A stretch of 64,000 nt of DNA, from contig JBHPGB010000003.1 in the NCBI GenBank assembly GCA_042571085.1, positions 6,261 to 70,260 on the forward strand. The letters are read 5' to 3'. The position numbers and the translations under genes are program-made. The notes under the pieces were generated by a model, which was given only the letters and a program-made list of their open reading frames with translations, was not told the origin of the DNA and made no database searches. Below are positions 50,583 through 60,521 of the stretch, piece after piece (position 1 is the stretch's first letter; every line of letters starts with the position of its first letter). The DNA is from Patescibacteria group bacterium (lineage in GTDB: Bacteria; Patescibacteriota; Minisyncoccia; Phycocordibacterales; JBHPGB01).

Positions 50583-51068
50583 ATGGCTAATAAAAAAGGT
50601 TTGGAGTTTCCAAAAGTGAACCTGTTCACAATCATGATTATGGTGGCCTGTCTGTATGTTGGCAGTAATCTGGTGTTCATATTCACCTTTACGGAAATAC
50701 ATCCTATGTTTGTCGCCAATTTCGTATTTGGTGGCAATGTATTGTCTTACTGTATTTTTGGTTTGTTGTTTGCATGGGCATACAAAAGCTCATGGAGCAC
50801 TTCCGCCTTTATGGTCCTGGTTGCTTTTGGGGGAATTTTACTCAATAGCTATTGGGGATATAATCTCGTTGACATGGTAGGCAGTATTAGCATCGGCAGC
50901 TGGGATAATGCTGCCAGAGTTGTTGACCAGTCTAAAGCTGTTTTGTCAGTCAATGCTCTCATTGGTCTGTTTGGGATTGTTGTATTGAAGAATCTCCCAC
51001 AAAACAATGAGCTTGTTACATTACAAAATGACACACTCTGCCCTGAAAAAGTAGAAGGTTCTGTGTAA
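50583..51068 (+). CDS. Orphan membrane protein (about 4 TM)
   Basis: TTGACA-16-TAGAAT, GGGAG SD, bidirectional terminator 51090-51118. Confidence 0.65.
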   Translation: MANKKGLEFPKVNLFTIMIMVACLYVGSNLVFIFTFTEIHPMFVANFVFGGNVLSYCIFGLLFAWAYKSSWSTSAFMVLVAFGGILLNSYWGYNLVDMVGSISIGSWDNAARVVDQSKAVLSVNALIGLFGIVVLKNLPQNNELVTLQNDTLCPEKVEGSV

Positions 51069-51118
51069 GTAAATAGAGCTGGTAATTATAAAAGGCGCTT
51101 GCTTGCGAGCGCCTTTTT

Positions 51119-51667
51119 CTATAACTTCACCAACTTTTTGTAAAGCTCATACGTGGTTCTCGCATCTGAGAGCGCTGTGTGAGCTTTTTTATTTTCTATG
51201 CCAAAATATGGTGCAAGTTCAGAGAGTGAGAATCTTGTCACCTTTGGTTCGTTTTGTAATTTCGCCCATGCAATAGATATTGTATCTATGCGGTGATAAT
51301 CCATCGTATCCTTCACGCCAGTTTCTTCAAATGCTTTTTCTAGAAAAGCCCAGTCAAATGGCACATTGTGTCCAACCATTACGCAACCTTTTGTTTTTTC
51401 TGCAACGATTTCCAGTGCGTCTTTGAGTGGTATTGCATCTTTCCAAAGTTCTTCCGAATAACCTATAATTTCAAGTGCTTCAGGATCTGCTGTTTCAAGA
51501 TGAGTCGGCTTTACGTTTATTTCTATTTCTTCAACCGTTTCCAAATCTGGTTGATTTGCAATCACAATGCCGATTTGCATAATTTCTTTGTCCATAAATT
51601 CAAAACCAGTTGTCTCCAGATCTATAAAAGCTAGTGGGGCCTCTTTTAAGTTTACGTATTTTTTCAT
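51119..51667 (-). CDS. DEDDh 3'-5' exonuclease (DnaQ-like)
   Basis: IDLETTG, HNVPFD, HTALSD. Confidence 0.92.
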   Translation of the reverse strand: MKKYVNLKEAPLAFIDLETTGFEFMDKEIMQIGIVIANQPDLETVEEIEINVKPTHLETADPEALEIIGYSEELWKDAIPLKDALEIVAEKTKGCVMVGHNVPFDWAFLEKAFEETGVKDTMDYHRIDTISIAWAKLQNEPKVTRFSLSELAPYFGIENKKAHTALSDARTTYELYKKLVKL

Positions 51668-51685
51668 ATTATTTAATTTCTTTTA

Positions 51686-52714
51686 TCAATAAATGTATTT
51701 CGCTTTATTTCTCTTGTGTCCTTCAAATGTTTCTGCGTAGTGTATGTTTCCGTGTTTGTCTGAAAGATAAAATAAATATGCAGATTCTATAGGCTCAAAT
51801 GCCGCAATTATTGATTCAATACCAGGGTTTGCTATTGGGGTTGGGGTTAATCCCCTGTTTGTGTATGTGTTGTATGGTGAATCTTCACGCAATTCTTCGA
51901 TCGTTAACTCAAACGTATTTCTGTTTCTTTCATATATAAATGGTGCATCTACTTGTAGGGGCATTCCTATTTCTATCCGTTTCCACAGCACTCCAGATAC
52001 AAGTTTTTTGTCTTCTGGTGTAATCGCTTCTTTTTCAATAATTGATGCCATTATGATTATTTCTTCAAGTGATTTTTTTTCCGCTCCTTCTATTTGAACT
52101 AATAATTCTTCAATTTTGTTTTTAAATACATTTTCCATTTCTTGCACAACCTGCCCTGGCTCTATATTTGGTAGGAAAAAATATGTATCTGGAAATAGAA
52201 AACCTTCTTTAGCTTCTGCGATGCGTAAAAATTCTTCAACATCAAAATCTGGAATTTTTTCAGATAAAGTGTGAGACATGTCACTTATTGTAGATCCTTC
52301 TACAAACCTGACACGTAGCGGAGTGAGCCCATACACACCTTGGCTAATTCTCCTTGCCACTTTAAGCACGTTTTGAGGGCTTTCAAAAAAGTAATCTCCT
52401 GATAGAGCACCGCCTTGTCCGGCCAACATAACCATGAAACCTTTAAATAATGTTTCTGAGCGTATTACAGATTCTTGTTTCAGTGTGTACGCTATTTCAC
52501 TTAAGTGCGCACCTTTTTCTATTTTAATTAGTGTACCTGATGGGAAATTAAGTGGCGGCAGGATTGCAATGATGAGCATCACAAATACAATACCAGCAGC
52601 GATGGCTCGTTGTCGATTTTGTTTATTTTTAGGGCCGTAGAAATGAGAATTTAATATTTTCTGGACAGAAAGTATTTCTTTTTGTGTGAATTCTTCAATT
52701 TTATTGCTATTCAT
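51686..52714 (-). CDS. mltG: Endolytic transglycosylase MltG
   Basis: EGFLFPDTY, ASIIEKE, LQVDA, SPYNTY, PIANPG. Confidence 0.93.
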   Translation of the reverse strand: MNSNKIEEFTQKEILSVQKILNSHFYGPKNKQNRQRAIAAGIVFVMLIIAILPPLNFPSGTLIKIEKGAHLSEIAYTLKQESVIRSETLFKGFMVMLAGQGGALSGDYFFESPQNVLKVARRISQGVYGLTPLRVRFVEGSTISDMSHTLSEKIPDFDVEEFLRIAEAKEGFLFPDTYFFLPNIEPGQVVQEMENVFKNKIEELLVQIEGAEKKSLEEIIIMASIIEKEAITPEDKKLVSGVLWKRIEIGMPLQVDAPFIYERNRNTFELTIEELREDSPYNTYTNRGLTPTPIANPGIESIIAAFEPIESAYLFYLSDKHGNIHYAETFEGHKRNKAKYIY

Positions 52715-52715
52715 A

Positions 52716-53939
52716 TTATGACGGCAAGTTAACAGGAGCTTCAGACTTCTTAGATTCCACACGTTCAAATGCTGGTGTTTCTGCTACACGTCCTGGGAAG
52801 TGGAATATTGTTGCAAGCTCTTCAGTGTTTAAAATAAATGGCTTACGTGCGTGCGGTGGAGAAAACCACGAGCGACGGATGTATGCGTTGAATAAGTCTG
52901 CTTTTACTTTACTCATACGGAAATTATTATAATCCTGCCACCAGTAGTCAAAACCAGTAACATTCTTAGGTCTAAATCCGTTCAAATCATTTGAACTAAA
53001 TTGTTTCAATGCTCCAATAAGTCCTGGAATATTCATTGGATCAAACTTATCTTTTGCTAAATACATTACTCGTATACCACAATCAAATCCTGGTTTTGAG
53101 ATATTGCGCTCAATTGCTGTGATTTCATTTTCTTGTGCTTTGGTGGCTCTTGCTAAGGCATACTTTTCAGCACCACTTGATTTGATAATTTTCTCTTTCA
53201 AATCTTCCACTTCTTTTTGAGCCTCTTTTTTCCAATCATATGTTTTCCCAAAAATCCCACCGGGAATTCTGTTTGTTTTTGTTGTTGCTCGTACACCAAT
53301 TTGCATCCAAATTTGTTCATCTTTACCAATACTACTTAAAAATTCCATGACGGATGTAATCGGATCTATTTTGAATTCCTCTTTTGGATCTTTATCTAAT
53401 CCATAATCAATATAAGTTTTTATTGGATACGGATCTTTCTTGGTTAGGGTGAACTCACTACCAAACATATTCCATCCGGAGTCTTTTTGTCCGAAAGGTA
53501 CATGCTGAGTATAGTCTGAGGCTTCATATATTTCTATTGTTGGGTATTGTGCATATATTTGTGCTTCTATTGTTGTGCGATAAAAAGGCTCTGTCCATAT
53601 GAAAAATCTTACCTTACCTTCAATTGATACTATTTCTAGAGAGAACCACGTTCTAGTTTTGCCAAGGATATATTTATCATACCATGTGCCTTCACCTGTT
53701 TGATGTAGTGTGCCAAGCATTGTTTCCATTGCAAGTGGGGATTTGTATATATCTCTAGGTAATTTTATTTCAAGTAATACTCGCTGTCTCTTTGAATTAA
53801 AATTTGCTCGCACATAATATACCCACGTGCGCACAAATATTATAAGAAGTATTGGCGGTATCCAATACGGAGCGGTGTCATATGCAAAGAAAAGTACATA
53901 GACGAGCGCTTGTAAGAAAAAGAATGTTATAGATTCCAT
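52716..53939 (-). CDS. Membrane-anchored hypothetical protein
   Basis: N-terminal TMs; FSLEI, YPIKTY, EELATIFHFP motifs; function unknown. Confidence 0.75.
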   Translation of the reverse strand: MESITFFFLQALVYVLFFAYDTAPYWIPPILLIIFVRTWVYYVRANFNSKRQRVLLEIKLPRDIYKSPLAMETMLGTLHQTGEGTWYDKYILGKTRTWFSLEIVSIEGKVRFFIWTEPFYRTTIEAQIYAQYPTIEIYEASDYTQHVPFGQKDSGWNMFGSEFTLTKKDPYPIKTYIDYGLDKDPKEEFKIDPITSVMEFLSSIGKDEQIWMQIGVRATTKTNRIPGGIFGKTYDWKKEAQKEVEDLKEKIIKSSGAEKYALARATKAQENEITAIERNISKPGFDCGIRVMYLAKDKFDPMNIPGLIGALKQFSSNDLNGFRPKNVTGFDYWWQDYNNFRMSKVKADLFNAYIRRSWFSPPHARKPFILNTEELATIFHFPGRVAETPAFERVESKKSEAPVNLPS

Positions 53940-53946
53940 TGAGTTA

Positions 53947-53981
53947 AGTATAAGGTATCAGGTATAAGGTATCAAGTATAA
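53947..53981. repeat. Heptamer tandem repeat (5 x RGTATMA)
   Basis: AGTATAA GGTATCA GGTATAA GGTATCA AGTATAA. Confidence 0.7.
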
Positions 53982-54034
53982 ATAACAAAAAACAGCGACT
54001 TATTACAGTCGCTGTTTTTTATTAATTATTTAGC

Positions 54035-55063
54035 TTACACCATCATGTACCTACCTTTGCTATCTTTCTGGAAATGTTTTGGATTTTGTAAGTTTACCAT
54101 TATTGTGTTTGGTTTTACGTATCGCTCGTTCAACACCTTTTCAATGATCTCATCTTTGTTGAGCGGACCATTTTTATCCAGTATTGCCGCGATTACGTCA
54201 CGTACTACACCACTAGCATATCCCCAGTCTGTAAGTGCGTATAATCCTCTTCCAACTAATACAAAACGAGAATCTTTTATAAGTTCATTGTGACAAGTCG
54301 CAGTGTGTGCTTTTTTGCCAAATGTGTCTTCGATAGATTTTGCAACTTCTGTGAAGTGCATTGGGCTTCCATGACGACGGATTACTAAAAAGGCATAATC
54401 TCGCATACCGCGTGCTTTTATGTTTGGAGATTCAGAAATTCCCCATTCACCAAGAGGGTTTTGTCCGATTTTCTTTGAAACATTCAACCAACGTTTTGCA
54501 ATTTCTTCATTCTTGTATTGTTCAGAAATATTTTTTAGATTTTCAAAAAACTTTGTAATCATGTCTCCTTCAGGAACAATATCTTCATCTGAAAGATTTT
54601 CGTACAATTTCTTAAGAGATGTTTGTACAGATTCAGCAACTTCATTATCTACGATCCAACGATGCTTAAAGTCAGCATCTTCTTTTTTCTTTGTGAATGG
54701 CGCACCAAGAACCAAAAATAGAGCAGCATGATTTTGTGTACTTTTGTCTTTAGAGATTTGCTCCAAAAGATCTTCTTCAGAAACGATACCTCCAAGAGAA
54801 GCGACTAATTCTTTCAACTCATCAAAAGTTCCAGTTTCTTTTTCATAGATATCCGACTTTCTTATGGTGTTGAGTGCGAAATTTTCAATTTGACGCACGC
54901 GCTCACGGGTAATACCGTAAATAGACCCGATTGCTTCGAGGGTCATTTTGTCCTCATTACTGAGGCCAAAACGCTTCGTGATGACGTCACGAGCACGTTC
55001 AGGAAGCACAGCGAGTAATCGCTTTGAGACCTGTTTTGGTTTAAATGAAATTGCTGTTGCCAT
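54035..55063 (-). CDS. Sigma70 region-4 HTH plus HARE-HTH (RNAP delta-like) protein
   Basis: TLEAIG..YGITRERVRQIE; PMHF.E...HNEL..D.RFVLVGRGLYAL. Confidence 0.8.
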   Translation of the reverse strand: MATAISFKPKQVSKRLLAVLPERARDVITKRFGLSNEDKMTLEAIGSIYGITRERVRQIENFALNTIRKSDIYEKETGTFDELKELVASLGGIVSEEDLLEQISKDKSTQNHAALFLVLGAPFTKKKEDADFKHRWIVDNEVAESVQTSLKKLYENLSDEDIVPEGDMITKFFENLKNISEQYKNEEIAKRWLNVSKKIGQNPLGEWGISESPNIKARGMRDYAFLVIRRHGSPMHFTEVAKSIEDTFGKKAHTATCHNELIKDSRFVLVGRGLYALTDWGYASGVVRDVIAAILDKNGPLNKDEIIEKVLNERYVKPNTIMVNLQNPKHFQKDSKGRYMMV

Positions 55064-55182
55064 AATTTTTGGTAATTAGAAGCCAGTATAGGCTTCGGTG
55101 AATAATGCTGAATGTCTTTTTTAATGTATAGTTTGTACAGAATATACTATATAGGTAATTATGTCAAGCCTTTCCAAAACGT

Positions 55183-57564
55183 CTAATTTGTGACGATACT
55201 CACTAGTTTGTTCGGTACACATATCACCTTTTTCACATCCTTTTCTTCGGTCCATTTTTTGACAGATTCAAGCTCTTGTGCCTCTTTTTTAACCATTTCC
55301 TCATTGCTATCTGCCTCGATTTCAAAGGTTCCTCGTATTTTTCCGTTCACTTGTACAGCGATCGTGACTGTCTTATCCATAGTCTTACTTTCATCGTATT
55401 CAGGCCATTCTTCAAGATGGATTGATGTGCTGTTTCCTAATTCCGCCCATAATTCTTCTGTTATGTGTGGTGCGAATGGAGCAAGTAATTTTAGAAAGTT
55501 TTTATATTGTGTTTGATTAATTTCTTGACGCTCAGCTTGATTCACAAAAATCATCATTTGTGCAATTGCTGTATTGAATTTCATTTGCTCAAGATCCTCA
55601 CCAACTTTTTTAATAGTTTGATTTAAAACAGTTTCAGCATTTGCCTCATCGGCATGTTCTGATGTCTTATCCTTCAGCTTCCACACACGTTCCAAAAATC
55701 GATATGTCCCAACAATGTTATCTTCTTTCCACATAACGTCTTCTTCAAGCGGGCCTGCAAACATCATATACATACGCACTGCGTCAGCACCAAATTTTTC
55801 TACCATTGTCTCTGGATTCACAACATTACCTTTAGACTTACTCATTTTCTTTCCTTTCTCATCTAGGACCATTCCTTGGTGTCTTAGTTTCAAAAACGGT
55901 TCGTCAAAATTAAGTACCCCGATTTTATTAAGTGCTTTAGTAATAAATCGTGCATACAAAAGATGCATATATGTATGCTCCGCCCCACCGATATATGTAT
56001 CCACAGGTAGCCAGTGTTTGAGCCTCTCTTTTCCACAAAATTCTTTTTCATTGTGCGGATCAGGATATCTCAAATAATACCAAGATGAACATACAAATGT
56101 ATCTAGAGTATCAACCTCTGGTGTCCACCCTTCACCAAATATTTTTTCAGTGCGATCAAAAAGCTCTTTTGATTTTGCCAGTGGTGCTGTACCTGTTGGC
56201 ACAAAATCAACATCCTCTGGCAAAAGCCACGGCAGATTTTCTTCACCGACAAATTTTGCCTCACCTTCTGGAGAATACACAATCGGAATCGGCGCTCCCC
56301 AATATCTTTGACGTGAAATAGACCAGTCACGAAGGCGGTATGTATTTGTTAATTCCCCGCCTACAAATTCGGTGATTTCTTTTTTGGCTTCAACAACACT
56401 CTTTCCGTCAAATTTGCCAGAATTAATTAGTTCCCCGTCACCAACGTACGCTTCTTTTGATATATCCCCGCCAGAAATAACCTCCGTAATTGGTAAATCA
56501 AACTTCTTTGCAAACTCAAAATCACGTTCATCGTGTGCTGGCACGGCCATAATTGCCCCTGTTCCGTATCCAGCAAGCACGTAATCAGCAATAAAAATTG
56601 GTATTTCTTCTTGATTAGCAGGATTTATTGCTTTCACACCTTTTAATTCAACTCCAGTTTTTTCTTTTCCTTCCATTCTTTCTAGTTCAGTCTTTTTCTG
56701 TACACCTTCAAGATATTTTTCAACCTCACCCCAGTTTTCAATAGTTTCTTTGAGCCCTTGTACTAATTCATGTTCAGGCGCAAGCACACAGTAAGTACAG
56801 CCAAACAAAGTATCTGGTCTTGTAGTAAACACTTCCATTTCTTTGTCAGTATTTGAAACTTTGAATTTTAATTTTGCTCCCTCCGATTTTCCTATCCAGT
56901 TTTTTTGATTTACCTTTGTATGTTCTGGCCAGTCCACCTTACCCAGTCCATCGATTAAGTCATCAGCGAAATCAGTGATTTTGAAAAACCATCCGGGCAC
57001 TTCTTTCATTACCACTTCACTTTTACAGCGCTCGCACGCACCATCTTCCACCTGCTCATTAGCAAGAATTGTTTTACAGGATTCACACCAGTTTGTAAGA
57101 CTAGTTTTTTTGTATGCCAGATTGTTTTCAAAGAGTTGAGCAAATATCCACTGTGTCCATTCATAATACTCAGGGTTTGATGTCACTACCTTCTCATCGA
57201 AATCATAATTAAAGCCAAGAGACCTCATTTGTTTAATATAGTTTTCAATATTTTTTACAGTGGTTTCTTTTGGGTGTACTTTTGTTTTTATCGCATAATT
57301 TTCTGCAGGTAAACCAAAAGAGTCAAAACCTTGCGGATGGAGCACATTAAAGCCATTCATTTTTTTATAGCGGTAATAAATATCACTCGCAGCATAACTT
57401 TCTGTGTGGCCCATATGTAGTCCGTCTCCAGATGGATATGGGAACATATCAAGTAAATAATACTTTTCTTTTGAAGTGTCATCTTTATCGATTTTTGCAA
57501 CAGTATCCTTCTCCCATTCCTTCTGCCACCTTTCCTCTATTTTTTTATGATTATATTCTTTCAT
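55183..57564 (-). CDS. leuS: Leucyl-tRNA synthetase
   Basis: MFPYPSG, HMGH, FTTRPDT editing domain, KMSKS. Confidence 0.98.
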   Translation of the reverse strand: MKEYNHKKIEERWQKEWEKDTVAKIDKDDTSKEKYYLLDMFPYPSGDGLHMGHTESYAASDIYYRYKKMNGFNVLHPQGFDSFGLPAENYAIKTKVHPKETTVKNIENYIKQMRSLGFNYDFDEKVVTSNPEYYEWTQWIFAQLFENNLAYKKTSLTNWCESCKTILANEQVEDGACERCKSEVVMKEVPGWFFKITDFADDLIDGLGKVDWPEHTKVNQKNWIGKSEGAKLKFKVSNTDKEMEVFTTRPDTLFGCTYCVLAPEHELVQGLKETIENWGEVEKYLEGVQKKTELERMEGKEKTGVELKGVKAINPANQEEIPIFIADYVLAGYGTGAIMAVPAHDERDFEFAKKFDLPITEVISGGDISKEAYVGDGELINSGKFDGKSVVEAKKEITEFVGGELTNTYRLRDWSISRQRYWGAPIPIVYSPEGEAKFVGEENLPWLLPEDVDFVPTGTAPLAKSKELFDRTEKIFGEGWTPEVDTLDTFVCSSWYYLRYPDPHNEKEFCGKERLKHWLPVDTYIGGAEHTYMHLLYARFITKALNKIGVLNFDEPFLKLRHQGMVLDEKGKKMSKSKGNVVNPETMVEKFGADAVRMYMMFAGPLEEDVMWKEDNIVGTYRFLERVWKLKDKTSEHADEANAETVLNQTIKKVGEDLEQMKFNTAIAQMMIFVNQAERQEINQTQYKNFLKLLAPFAPHITEELWAELGNSTSIHLEEWPEYDESKTMDKTVTIAVQVNGKIRGTFEIEADSNEEMVKKEAQELESVKKWTEEKDVKKVICVPNKLVSIVTN

Positions 57565-57685
57565 CCCGTTAGAGATAGGAAATAAAATTTCCGTATCTGA
57601 CTAATTATTAATTCTTTATGTATGGATATTTTACTTAATTCCCGTAGTGTCATAAAAAACAGTCTGGATCTTTAACGGGATTCAT
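57562..57685 (-). mobile_element. Start-codon-inserted element, copy 4 (leuS)
   Basis: ATGAA-TCCCGTTAAAGA...TCTCTAACGGG-ATGAA; 121 nt; outer ATG 8 nt after TATTAT. Confidence 0.85.
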
Positions 57686-57764
57686 TTGTTTAAATAATAC
57701 CACGCAAAAGCGCCGTGTTCAAACGGCGCTTTTGTCTCCTCATATTTATTAATTTAAAAGTTTT

Positions 57765-58355
57765 TTATTTGAACTTTTTAATTCCAATGTATATCAGTGC
57801 TGCCAATGCAATTCCTAGAATAATCACTCTTAAGTAATCGTCCATCGCAGACCAGTAACGCATTGTACCTATGATTAATGATAAGATACCAGCAAATGAC
57901 AATCCTAATGATACTGCTTCATATGCTGCCACAAAGAATGATCCAATTATGAGTATTACACCAAGTATTACCAATATTACAAACACATTTCTTTCATATA
58001 ATTCTCTTGCATCTTGATATTCTTGCCTACAAGTGTAATCAGGGTCACAATACCCTTCACGCTCTGTTTCAATTACAGGAATGTCAACAACACCCTCTCC
58101 ACGAGGAATTCCTCTTTGTATGTATTTATCGTCTGTCCACTGTCCTCCAACTTCCAAACAACTTTCTTTTGTTTCAGGAATTACACGAACTTGCTTTTCT
58201 TCACAAAAACCAGTGTATTCAGGCTCCGGATAAAATACTTGTATTACATAGGCAAAGAAAAGATTTGTCACAATTACAATTCCCAAAATTAGCCCCCATT
58301 TAAGAATTGCGGACGTTCTTTTTTTCTTTTGCACTTCTTCATTTTGATAGTCCAT
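57765..58355 (-). CDS. Hypothetical membrane protein with Cys-containing external loop
   Basis: 1+3 TM helices, four Cys. Confidence 0.75.
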   Translation of the reverse strand: MDYQNEEVQKKKRTSAILKWGLILGIVIVTNLFFAYVIQVFYPEPEYTGFCEEKQVRVIPETKESCLEVGGQWTDDKYIQRGIPRGEGVVDIPVIETEREGYCDPDYTCRQEYQDARELYERNVFVILVILGVILIIGSFFVAAYEAVSLGLSFAGILSLIIGTMRYWSAMDDYLRVIILGIALAALIYIGIKKFK

Positions 58356-58456
58356 AATAAATAAAATATTTAACTTATATTGCTTATATTATATAACATT
58401 TGACTAAAATAATAAAAGGGTTAGTATTTGATTGGGTAAAAATTAGGAGATATGTC

Positions 58457-58711
58457 GTGGACATGATCACAATTAATCTATGGTTAGACTTGGTTCTTGG
58501 GGGTATTCTTTCTATTTATTTAGCCGGAGCCACTTATTGTGGCTTCTGTATACACAAAAGCAAGATGCTTCACCAGGACCAAGGATTCTATCAATGGGTC
58601 CAGTATGCTTTACTGATTGCTACTTGGTGTTTTGCAGTTGTGTCGGTTTTCTTTGCGTACAAAAGCATGAATGCTCTCTTATTACTATTTATACAATCGT
58701 TGTATAACTAA
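58457..58711 (+). CDS. Small orphan membrane protein
   Basis: TTGACT-16-TAGTAT, AGGAG SD, two TMs, terminator 58732-58759. Confidence 0.55.
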   Translation: MDMITINLWLDLVLGGILSIYLAGATYCGFCIHKSKMLHQDQGFYQWVQYALLIATWCFAVVSVFFAYKSMNALLLLFIQSLYN

Positions 58712-58762
58712 TAAATTTTTCCAGTTTGGAAAAAATCGGCCGATTTATCGGCCGATTTTCTT

Positions 58763-59863
58763 TTAAATTTTAAATTCCACAACATCACCGTCTTTCACTA
58801 TATATTCTTTCCCCTCCGTTCGTATCAGACCCTTATCACGAGCGGCGGAATGTGATCCTGAATCAAGTAGGTCTTGCCAATTGATTATTTCTGCACGTAT
58901 AAACTTATCTTTAAAATCTGTGTGAATTGCCATACCAGCCACTGGAGCAGTTGAATCTTTTTTGATTGTCCACGCACGCGATTCTTCTTGGCCTGTTGTG
59001 AAGTACGTCATGAGTCCAAGAAGGTCGTAACTTGTGCGAATCAAATCATCCACACCGTCAGACCCCTCTTCTGCGCCAAGCTCTTTTCTGAATTCTACTC
59101 GATCGTCTTTTTCTAATCCTGAAAGTTCACCTTCAACTCCAGCATCAACGATAACAAATTTTGAATCTGTTTCTTTGAAAAATTCCATCAGTTTTTGCCA
59201 TTGCTCACCTTGCGTCTCATCTAGGTTTTTTGCTCCAGCTTTTTTATTAAATACATACAAAATGGGTTTCATTGTAAGCAAGTGTAACCCTTTCATAATT
59301 TCAAGCTCTTGTTCAGTATATTCTAGTGAGTTTGCAAGTTTACCAGCATCGAGTGCGATCTCGACTTTTTTCAATACTTCTTTTTCTGCAATCGCTTCTT
59401 TGTCTCCCCTTTTCACATCTTTCTCAATATTTGCTGAGCGTTTTGAAACAGTTTGAAAGTCTGCGAGTATAAGCTCAAGATTAATTACCTCAATATCTCG
59501 CATTGGATCTATACTCCCGTCTACATGTGTAATTTCTCCATCGTCAAAAATACGCACCATTTCAGCAATAGCATCAACTTCTCGCACATTAGATAGAAAT
59601 TTATTCCCAAGACCTTCTCCAGCCGAAGCGCCTTTTACAAGCCCTGCAATATCCACAAATTCAATTGCGGCTGGAATGGTTTTTTCTGAATTAGAAAAGC
59701 TGCTTAGCTTAGTTAGTCGTTCATCAGGCACGGCAACAACGCCCACGGATGGATCAATGGTACAAAATGGGTAATTTTCAGCTGGCACAGACTTTTCTGT
59801 GAGAGCATTGAATAATGTTGATTTGCCTACATTTGGCAGGCCGACAATTCCTATAGATAACAT
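58763..59863 (-). CDS. ychF: Ribosome-binding ATPase YchF
   Basis: [38 protein letters not shown]. Confidence 0.97.
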   Translation of the reverse strand: MLSIGIVGLPNVGKSTLFNALTEKSVPAENYPFCTIDPSVGVVAVPDERLTKLSSFSNSEKTIPAAIEFVDIAGLVKGASAGEGLGNKFLSNVREVDAIAEMVRIFDDGEITHVDGSIDPMRDIEVINLELILADFQTVSKRSANIEKDVKRGDKEAIAEKEVLKKVEIALDAGKLANSLEYTEQELEIMKGLHLLTMKPILYVFNKKAGAKNLDETQGEQWQKLMEFFKETDSKFVIVDAGVEGELSGLEKDDRVEFRKELGAEEGSDGVDDLIRTSYDLLGLMTYFTTGQEESRAWTIKKDSTAPVAGMAIHTDFKDKFIRAEIINWQDLLDSGSHSAARDKGLIRTEGKEYIVKDGDVVEFKI

Positions 59864-59871
59864 GGCAGTAG

Positions 59872-59924
59872 TATACCCAGCACTCAACTATTTTGCAAAG
59901 CAAAATAGTTGAGTGCTGGGTATA
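59872..59924. repeat. Perfect 25-bp-arm palindrome overlapping the ychF promoter
   Basis: TATACCCAGCACTCAACTATTTTGC-AAA-GCAAAATAGTTGAGTGCTGGGTATA. Confidence 0.85.
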
Positions 59925-60044
59925 TGGTATTAAGTATTAGGTATCAAGTGTCACATTGACACATTATCAGAGTTATTATAGTGTAATCATGGAAGTTCAG
60001 AGATGTCAATTTGTTTATAATTATTACACAGAGGGGAATTTGGT

Positions 60045-60164
60045 ATGAGAACAGCATTTGGTTTTGGATGGTTTAAAGGTCATGAAGTCAAATCAGGAAG
60101 AGGGTGGCTTTGGGCAGTTGGTGTTATTGTCGCTGTGATAATTGGCATATGTTTGCCATGGTAA
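60045..60164 (+). CDS. 39-aa membrane micro-protein (not in ORF track)
   Basis: GAGGGG SD-like; MRTAFGFGWFKGHEVKSGRGWLWAVGVIVAVIIGICLPW. Confidence 0.5.
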   Translation: MRTAFGFGWFKGHEVKSGRGWLWAVGVIVAVIIGICLPW

Positions 60165-60215
60165 GTATTTTTTAAACGCATGATTCTTCATGCCTCAAAT
60201 AAAGGGTGTCTGAAA

Positions 60216-60521
60216 ATGGACAAAAAAGCCAGAAGAACCATCCTTGATAATGTTTTGGGTGAACTAGAGGACGCATTTAAAGAACTTTCAATATACAGAG
60301 ATGACTATAAAACGTGTCCAAAAAACGCATTGGTTGGCAAGCAAAATGCTGTCAGGGCGTTTCTACGTATTTTGAAGGGTGTGGACTTTGTAGATACTGA
60401 CAAAAGATACATATCCAAGCGACTCAATGAAATGAAAAAGTTTAACATTGAGTGGACTGGTGTATATACTTTGTTGGTATGTTTAATAGAAGAAATGGAG
60501 GCTTGGCCAGCAGAAGACTAG
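60216..60521 (+). CDS. Orphan helical protein (~101 aa)
   Basis: AAGGG upstream; terminator-like hairpin 60545-60575. Confidence 0.55.
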   Translation: MDKKARRTILDNVLGELEDAFKELSIYRDDYKTCPKNALVGKQNAVRAFLRILKGVDFVDTDKRYISKRLNEMKKFNIEWTGVYTLLVCLIEEMEAWPAED

